Source of the DNA: Eledone cirrhosa
Taxonomy: Eukaryota
NCBI GenBank assembly: GCA_964016885.1
Contig: OZ024753.1
Span: 11,718,001 to 11,782,000, forward strand
Length of the DNA: 64,000 nucleotides
Direction of reading: 5' to 3'
Part shown: positions 54,925 through 64,000 of the stretch, one piece after another
How positions within the stretch are numbered: the stretch's first letter is position 1
Layout: every line of letters starts with the position of its first letter
The notes under the pieces: model-generated
Database searches by the model: none
The model's input: only the letters and a program-made list of their open reading frames with translations
What the model was told of the DNA's origin: nothing
Made by a program: the position numbers and the translations under genes

Positions 54925-56087
54925 TGACATATTATATATCGGGTCTAGCAAGGCCGCAATTTCAAAATGTTGAGTTAGGGGATGTAATTTAATTATTTCG
55001 ACTGATACCTCTTTAATCGATACCCATTGTACGACAGAGAAAATTTATGTTGTTAACATAGTGTAGAAATTAAACTGCGTTAACTACATTTTGGTATTAT
55101 AATGACTCCAGCAGCTTTGTATCTGAAAACTGTAATGGAAGATCCTAGATACATTGTTTAAAGTGTGAATGTAAATATTAATGCGTCATAGTAAATGTGT
55201 GTATGCATGTGTTTGTGTGTTTAAGTGTGTATGCGTGTGCATTTCTAGGTCTGCGATATATCACGTGAAATGTTAACAAAATGTTTGGACGTGCGTGTGT
55301 GTAACGGAAATAAATAGCTATCGGTTTGAATGAATATTATTCCAGGTGTTCAATCAAGTGAAAACCTAAATATTACATCCGAGTGTCGAAGTTTACCTGT
55401 ATCTATAATGTAATTAATTTTCATGTAGATGTAATATGACATGATGTGCTAACAGGTTTGTTGTTAAAGTACATCTACAGTCCTTCCGACAGATTTTCAT
55501 ACCATTTCCACCTGTTTAATCTCACTTAAAGGGTTTGGCAAGATCTCTGAAAATATCAATTGCACTATATGACATATAGAACGACTGTCCGCTTGACTTC
55601 GTGATTTCAAATGTTAATCATTCAGTATTCGATCATGTCCGCACATGTACGATATACAGATATAAATATGTCTAGATATTGAGTTTTAAAAATAGTATGT
55701 CACTGCTTTTCTAGATGAGTATTGTAATCAAGTTGATTAGACTTCCGAATACAATTGTTACATTTTTATACAGGTTTGATATATGCAAATAAATCTTGAA
55801 TTCAACTAGATTTAAAGTGAAAATATATTGTGTGGAAACCTTACGTGTTTCGATTATTCATAGTAATTCGACCTTTAATTACTCTATTGAATTCTCATAT
55901 TCACCTTAAAGCAAACTGTTAAAGTAAAGAAATGTTGGAGTTGAATCGACGTAATACATTACTGATATATATTTTTTTTCTAAACCTTCGAGGCCTAAAA
56001 GGAATTATCACAACCCTGAACAGAGTGATAATGTAAATGTTTTCATACAATTTCACTTATATATTTGCTATCATTCTTGCAAAAGTA

Positions 56088-56621
56088 ATTTTTTTTTATT
56101 TTGGCACAAGGCCAACAATTACCCCAGTAGATTACTGGCACTTTATTCTATCGACCCGACCCCGTAAGGATGAAAGGTAAAGTTAACTTCGACGGGATTT
56201 GAACTCAGACCGTAAAGGGACGTAACTATGCTGGAAAGCATGGTGTCTGACCCTCTACCGATACTGCCAATCCACCACCCCTTGAAAAAATAATTCTTTC
56301 TACTTCTGGCACAAGGCCAGCAATTCACCAGTGCATTACTGGTACTTTATTTTATCGACCCCATATGTATGAAAGGCAAAGTTATCCTCGGCGGGATTTG
56401 AGGTTAACTTTGCTTATCATCCTTACAAAAATAATTGTTTCTATTTTAGGCACAAGGCCAGCAATTCACCAGTACATCGCTGGTACTTTATTTTATCGAC
56501 CCCGTAAGGATGAAAGGCAAAGTTAACCTCGGCGGGATTTGAACTCAGATCATAAAGGGACGTAACTCTATGCTTCAAAGCATGGCGTCCGACTCTCTAC
56601 CGATACTGCCAATCCATCGCC
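56088..56621 (-). mobile_element. Three head-to-tail OK/Meta-type SINEs
   Basis: 56088-56280, 56295-56426 and 56436-56621. Confidence 0.88.
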
Positions 56622-57029
56622 CATCCTTACAAAAATAATATCAATGGGTTATACATTTTGCACGAAACTTATAATTTTGGGTGTTGGCAAAAGTAGATGA
56701 AATGGTTCACAATAACTTACTGTTATTTTATTTTATAGAATGGTAAAATGATGAATGGTAAAATTGATCTCGGTAATATTTGGGCTTTGTATATCAGAAG
56801 AAAGACTAAATTCCGCCAATAATGATATTGTAGTCATGAGGATTCAATCTGTTAGAAAGTGTGAGTGGAACATATTTGGTATAATCCATCTCGAGGACTT
56901 GAATAATATTTATTTTAACAACTACAAATATACGGAAGAGTAAGTTGACCTTGGAGTATTTACACTCGGAATATAAAGAAAGGTTATATAATACCTTAAA
57001 ACATTCGGTCTGATTTTTTTACAATATGT

Positions 57030-57860
57030 AATTTCTGATTTAGGCACAAGGCCAACAATTTTGGGGTAGGAAGAAGTCCCTTAAATCGAACCCATTTCAT
57101 TAATGGTACTTTATTTTATCGACACCGTAAGGATGAAAGGCAAATCTAACTTCGACAGGATCGGAACTAATAAGGCAAAGGGTCATAATTCTATTTCACA
57201 AAACATGATTTACGTTCTACCGATACTGCCAATACACCATCCTTTTTACCACAAATTCTAATAACAGTTTCTAGCATAGAGACTCAGTCACTAACCGGAG
57301 AAATAGTCCCAGTACTTGACTGTTTATCTTTTACATCCCCAGGAAGTATATTTGTTTCTGATTTAGGCATAAGGCCAAACATTGTAGGGTAGGGGAGAGT
57401 CGATCGAATTGACCCAGTTCATTACAGGTGCTTTATTTTATCGACCCTGTAAGCATGAACGGCAAAACTAACCTCGACAGGATTTGAACTCAGAATGTAA
57501 AGGGTCATAATACTGCCAATACATCACTCTCAGGAAATATATAATGATACTTTGACTTCGGCAGGACTTGAATTCAGAGAGAATAGGGTCTTAACTAAAC
57601 AGTAAACGACTATTGCTTCATCAATCCTGCGAAACAATAATAATAACTTCAAATATAAGATTAAATCAGAAATTTGGCAATTTATCCAGTTCTGACCGGA
57701 TTCCGTGAATCCCAAACCACAATTGTTTCTAAAATAGGCAAATTGCCAAACATCGAGGAGAAGACGGAAGTCGATTAAATTGACGACACTATTTGACAGG
57801 TGCTTCTATCGACTCCGGAAAGAGGAAAAGTAAAACTGACATTGGTGAGATTTGAAATGA
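57030..57860 (-). mobile_element. Several older OK/Meta-type SINE copies
   Basis: Cores at ~57110, 57435 and 57800. Confidence 0.7.
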
Positions 57861-58356
57861 AAACAAAGAACTTTCTAAAGAGATAATATTTAAGAACAAC
57901 TTAGATATTTAATAGACACATTCAACAATCTAGAGCAAGTTAGAGAAAAATATAGAAAGGTCGAGACAGAATCACATAAGAATATACATATGCGTGATTT
58001 GGGTTCTGCCAAGGCAATAAAATAACATCGATGACAATAAGAAATACGAGGAGAATACGAGAGAAAGGAAGACAAGCTTCCAAACGCATGGATTTCCGGA
58101 ATGAATCTGTCAAAACAGGAAATTGAAATGAGAATTGAAAGAAATTAAGTAGGCTAGATTCTATTTAATATTCACCCAAAATGTTTTATAATTAAAGATA
58201 AAGAATTTGGATCGCAAGCACTCCTCCGAATTGAAACTTACTCTCCGAATATTTACAACTGTAATACTTGCAGAGAGGGAAAACATTATTCCCGTAAAGT
58301 ACTTTCTCTAAAACACACGCACACGCATTTGTATGCGTGTGTCTGTACCTGCGTGC

Positions 58357-58388
<32 letters not shown>

Positions 58389-58922
58389 TCCTACATAGAT
58401 TTGCAACTTGTAGAATTACGAGCATCTTTCACTTCCCAATGGACATTAAAACCAAGAAAAACAAAGCAGTTCTCACTGGGAATCGGTGTATTCTAATTAA
58501 CTTCTCGACTTCTATTACAATTGGTTGATATTTGTTTGTATTTATCTATAATATTTCTTCTTGTTAAACTCGAACGATGCAAATGTGCAATAGACACATT
58601 CTGGTTAAACATCCTTTTTTGTAACGGATGTGATATGATCAACATTTACCTGCTATTTAATTTCCTAGACTTGAAACCTCTACTAATATCATTACTTTAG
58701 CATAAACCTCTTCTATCTTCATTTCCTGAAGAAGGACTTATGTCCAACACGTCGAAATCCTCCTCTACTTCTTCCTAAGCGTGAAACTAATATCACTTTG
58801 TGCCTCGAGTTTTTGCAACCCTGTAATTGGTCTTTTCTATTCTTCAAGTTTATATAGATATAGATAGATAGATAGATAAGCCGTACTAAGAGTGAGAAAT
58901 GAAATTTCGTTTCATTTTTTCC

Positions 58923-58982
<60 letters not shown>

Positions 58983-59074
58983 AACTTGATGTAGAAATGG
59001 CTTCTACAGGAATAGATCTCTTCCATTCTAAGGAAATCATCAGGAAGTGGTTCAGTAGATTCGCAGTTTATTGA

Positions 59075-59290
59075 AGCGGGTACCAAAACCAGCACTCAAT
59101 TTTAGGGCAGAGTGTATATATTGAAATCAAAGCGAGGTTTCTCATTAAGGTCTTTATTGATTATACAAAGTTACGACAGTTTCACAGATGGGTGACTCAG
59201 CAATCATAAATCCTAGGTCACCCACCTGTGAAACGGTCGTAACTATGTATAAGCAATAAAGACCTTAATGTGAAACCTTGCTTTGGTTTA
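59075..59290 (-). mobile_element. PLE pLTR fold-back insert, family G (arms ~59124-59197 / 59215-59289)
   Basis: Inverted repeat with the hammerhead 3' half GAAA-cggtcg-TA, agcactcaa at 59091, and (TA)n on the right. Confidence 0.65.
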
Positions 59291-59388
59291 TATATATATA
59301 TATAGCAACATGACACTCCCAAAGTATAACAATATCGGTTTCAACACACGATTTCAGATAAAGAATCTTGCTAAAAAATTCAGAAACG

Positions 59389-59434
<46 letters not shown>

Positions 59435-60124
59435 ATAATAATAAATTTGAAGACTAAAATCCAAAGAGGGCTCGATAAGGATAAATATATATGAAATATA
59501 TAAAAACCGTAGAGCAAATATAGGTAGGTAGGCCGAATATTGTAATATAGAACGTTTTATAATTAGTTTTTAATAAATAATAGGAATAATAGGGATATTT
59601 TGGGCCTCGCGTGTGAGTGCGTATATGTATCTAAAGTAAACGTATTGTGAAATCTAGGCTGTTTCACGCCTTCGCCAAAAGTTTTAATGACAGAATAACT
59701 AAAGAGTTCAGTTATAGAAATAGTATCGTACTGCGATTTCTTTCCTAGCCGAAGAAGATATTCTAATGATATATTGGAAGAAGAGAAATAACAAGCAATA
59801 TTATGTAGTATTTTCTTATGATATCCAAATTCGTTGTCCTTGTAAAGAAATAGATTAGATTTCAGCCGGTGGTGGATTAGAAACCGCATCGTAACCTCAG
59901 GTCATGTAGTTTGTCATAATCTCTTCAAAGGCGGTAAATTTAGAAATAACTAAGAAAGGAATATATTTGTATACCAGCGTTCGTTTCTATTTCAATTCAC
60001 ATATTTAATAATATAAGTGAAGTGAGATCACTACAACCAGGAAAAATAAATATTTCTAACCTACAGAACTTGTAAAACAATATTTTAATACAAAAAAAGA
60101 ATATGATAGCTCATATAGAGAATA

Positions 60125-60640
60125 TAATTGTTTCTACTTTAGGCACAAGGCCAGCAATTACGAAAGGCAAAGTTAACCTCGGCAGGATTTGAACTCAGAT
60201 CGTAAAGGGACGTAACTCTGTGTCAAAGCACGGCGTCCGACCCTCTACTGTTACTGCCAATCCTACTTTTGGCACAAGGCCAGCAGTTACTCAGTACATT
60301 ACTGGTACTTTATTTTATCGACCCCGTAAGGATGAGAGGCAAAGTTAACCACGGCGGGATTTGAACTCAGAACGTAAAAGGTCATTACTCGATACCACAA
60401 AGCATGTTGCATGACGCTCTACCGATTCTGCCAATCCACCATAGTAATAATAATAATTGTTTCTACTTTTAGCACAAGGCCAGCAATTATACGAGTGCAT
60501 TACTGGTACTTTATTCTATCGACCCCGTAAGGATGAATGGCAAAGTTAACCTCGGCGGGATTTGAACTCAGAGCATAAAGGGCCGTCACTCTATGCTGCA
60601 AAGCATGGCGTCCGACTCTCTACCGAAACTGCCAATCCAA
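60125..60640 (-). mobile_element. Three head-to-tail OK/Meta-type SINEs
   Basis: 60125-60262, 60263-60441 and 60455-60639. Confidence 0.88.
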
Positions 60641-61044
60641 GAAACATATGAGATGGTCATTTATGGAAAACATTTAAATATAGGTCCACATCGTATCTGA
60701 CCCGAAAATAAATTAAGGTTTCTAATTTAGTCAAAAGCCCAACAATTATTGCGTGATGGGGTGCAGGGTAACAACTTCACCATACCTTAAAGATATATAG
60801 AAGTTCTGGGTATTGTTGTCATCGTGCCCAAGGTCAAGGCTGTTCAAGCATATATATGATCAAAGGACAGTAGTATTCAGCAACCGTGACCACACAACCA
60901 TCTATATCAGGGACTACGTTATCCTACAACATCTTTAGTGTGCTATGAAGATATTTGGCTGCTACTTCTAGCATATCTTGTCAGCACGTCAGGCTCTCGC
61001 GTTTGCCGGATTCGTACGAGTTTGAAAAGTAGATCATCTATAAA

Positions 61045-62375
61045 TATGGTGGTTATTATTGGTGTGATGATGATGATGATGGTGATGGTGGTGGTTGAAA
61101 TGGTGGTGGTGATGGTTGTGATGATGATGATGATGATGGTTGTGGTTGAAATGGTGGTGGTGATGGTGGTGGTGATGGTGGTGGTGGTGATGATGATGAT
61201 GATGGTTGTGGTTGAAATGGTGGTGGTGATGGTGGTGGTGATGGTGGTGATGGTTGTGATGATGATGATGATTGTGGTTGAAATGGTGGTGGTGGTGGTG
61301 GTGGTGATGGTGGTGGTGGTGGTGGTGGTGATGGTTGTGATGATGATGATGATGATGGTTGTGGTTGAAATGGTGGTGGTGATGGTGGTGATGATGATGG
61401 TTATGGTGGTGATGGTGATGGTGGTGATGATGGTTGTGATGATGGTGATGATGGTTGTGATGATGATGGTTGTGATGATGGTGGTGGTTGTGATGATGAT
61501 GGTTGTGATGATGGTGGTGGTGATGGTGGTGATAAAGATAATAAAGTCACAGAAATGTGTAGGGCAGACTTATTTTATCGACCACAGATTTTGAAAGTAC
61601 ATCGACAAAACTAAATAAGTGTGACTGGTCGGTATTACTCGTGTTTGCACTACAATGCCACTGGTCATTGTATACATGATGATGGTGGTGATGGTGGTGG
61701 TGGTGGTGATGGTGATGATGGTGGTGGTTGTGGTGGTGATAGTGATGGCGATGGTGGTGGTGATGGTAGTGATGATGGTGATGGTGGTTTTGATGGTGGT
61801 TGTGATGGTGAGTGTGATGGTGATGGTGGTTGTGATGGTGGTTGTGATTGTGATGGTGGTTGTGATGGTGGTTGTAATGGTGGTGGTGATGGTGGTGGTG
61901 GTGATGATGGTGGTGGTGATGATGGTGGTGGTGATGGTGGTGGTGATGGTGATGGTGGTGGTGATGGTGGTGGTGGTGGTGGTGGTGGTGGTGGTGGTGG
62001 TGGTGGTGGTGATGATGATGGTGGTGATGATGTTGATGGTGGTGATGATGTTGATGGTGGTGATGATGTTGATGGTGGTGATGATGTTGATGGTGGTGAT
62101 GATGGTGGTGATGATGTTGATGGTGGTGATGATGGTGGTGGTGGTGGTGATGTTGGTGTTGATGGTGATGTTGGTGGTGGTGGTGATGTTGATGGTGGTG
62201 GTGATGGTGGTGGTGGTGGTGATGGTGGTGGTGGTGGTGATGATGTTGGTGTTGATGGTGATGTTGGTGGTGGTGATGGTGGTGGTGGTGATGATGATGG
62301 TGGTGGTGATGCTGGTGGTGGTGATGGTGGTGGTGGTGGTGATGATGTTGGTGGTGGTGATGTTGATGGTCATGA
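61045..62375. repeat. Two (GGT/GAT/TGT)n trinucleotide arrays (61045-61535, 61676-62375)
   Basis: Direct inspection. Confidence 0.95.
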
Positions 62376-62448
62376 TAACAAGTATGACTGACATTTGAAG
62401 TATTACACACACACACACGTATATATGTATGTGTGTATGTGTACATTA

Positions 62449-62493
<45 letters not shown>

Positions 62494-62494
<1 letters not shown>

Positions 62495-62577
62495 AGGGTG
62501 GCCCCAAAAATGTTTACCCACTTCAACAGCATTCTAATAAAGGTAATCCAAGTGTGTATACATTTTTGGGGACACTG
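62494..62577. mobile_element. 84-bp Tc1/mariner-type MITE
   Basis: TIRs cagggtggccccaaaaatgtttacccac / gtgtgtatacatttttggggacactg; TA on both sides. Confidence 0.75.
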
Positions 62578-62847
62578 TATAATATATATACATACATACA
62601 TACATATACAGACATACATATACATATACATTCATATAGACATATATACACACAGTCATATACACGTAGACATACATACATATATATATATACACATATA
62701 TATATATATATATACAGACATACATATATATATATACACATATATATATATATACAGACATACATACATATATATATATACAAATACATATGTACAGATA
62801 TATAAATATATATATCGTTATTGTTTTCTCTTTTAACTATAATTTAT

Positions 62848-63013
62848 ATAGGAAAAAGTATCACCCCGACGGCAGAGCTCAAGCCGTTTCGACGGCTATT
62901 TCTGAGCTCTGCCGTCGGGGGTCATACTTTTTCCTATTTCCCACTACTACCCTAAGTTTTGAGTACTCTGGTGCTTCATGGTCTTTCTGGTTCCTTACCA
63001 CACTTCCTTTGTT
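62848..63013 (+). mobile_element. PLE pLTR family B with fold-back
   Basis: ataggaaaaagtatcaccccgacggcagagctca ... tgagctctgccgtcgggggtcatactttttcctat, then ttgagtact. Confidence 0.8.
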
Positions 63014-63034
63014 ATATATGTATGTATGTATGTA

Positions 63035-63090
<56 letters not shown>

Positions 63091-63175
63091 TGTGTGTCTG
63101 TGTGTCTGTGTGTGTGTGTGTGTCTGTGTGTCTGTGTGTCTGTGTGTGTGTGTGTGTGTGTGTCTGTGTCTGTGT

Positions 63176-63296
<121 letters not shown>

Positions 63297-63675
63297 TAAA
63301 TATAAAATATAAAACCAAGAGAACAGCTAAAACAATAACTAGTCGATGATGAAACTTTTTTTTCTCACAGAACCGCATTATAAAAATCAAAAACAAAAAA
63401 AACAAAAACCAATATGTGTGTATGTATGTATATATGTGTGTATGTATATGTATATTTATATATATAAGTGCACTTACCGAGGACTGTGGCAGGTGAGATG
63501 AATTTGAAATAAGCCAGGAACAGGTAAAACACTCCATAATTCCCTTTGCTTTGTAAAGTCGACCACATCGTCGTCCAGTGTAGAGTATATATGTGTGTAT
63601 ATGTCTAGATATACACACATACATATGCACTGATATTGAGAATATAGCATATATGTCTATATATATATATATATC

Positions 63676-63706
<31 letters not shown>

Positions 63707-63811
63707 ATGTATGGCTATTGTACAAATTTGTTTTGTGTGTAAGTTTATGTCAGTGCTTTTGTATGTATGCTTACACGCAAACGTTTAACTGAATTTATAA
63801 AATTGTGTATG

Positions 63812-63844
<33 letters not shown>

Positions 63845-64000
63845 GTGTTATATATATATATATATATTGTATATATAAATTTATATATATTGTATATATA
63901 AATATATATATATTATATATATAAATTTGTATATATTATATATATAAATTTATATATATTATATATATAAATTTATATATATTATATATATAAATTTATA

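Noticed and set aside
60938-62521. Poly-His, Gly/Asp, Val/Met and Thr-rich ORFs
   Set aside because: Trinucleotide arrays are open in most frames on both strands, with no unique domain or splice evidence.

Overview
Eukaryotic, AT-rich, repeat-saturated DNA with no recognisable host gene. It is probably intronic or intergenic sequence from an octopod cephalopod; this is inferred from the abundant tRNA-derived OK/Meta-type SINE, RTE LINEs and extreme (TA)n/(CA)n/(GA)n microsatellite load. Most long ORFs in the track are microsatellite artefacts. The real coding relics are all retroelements: a Penelope-like (PLE) GIY-YIG 3' fragment (286-1071, -), RTE LINE fragments including a near-complete decayed copy with three C-terminal C2H2 fingers (17.66-20.5 kb, -), a near full-length decayed L1/Tx1-like element (20.7-26.4 kb, -) plus a 3' fragment, and CR1-like 3' fragments. 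There are also more than 20 SINEs and small hAT and Tc1/mariner MITEs. The most interesting signal is a population of about 20 short non-coding inserts from about seven sequence-unrelated families, nearly all embedded in (TA)n. They carry minimal type-I hammerhead ribozyme cores (CUGAnGA...GAAA...UH, often with a palindromic helix III). Many are fold-back hairpins with 60-180 bp arms, some with the symmetry axis in ribozyme helix II, and the families share a T(T/C/A)GAGT(A/G)C(T/C) motif downstream of the cleavage site. Coordinates were read by eye and may be off by a few bases.
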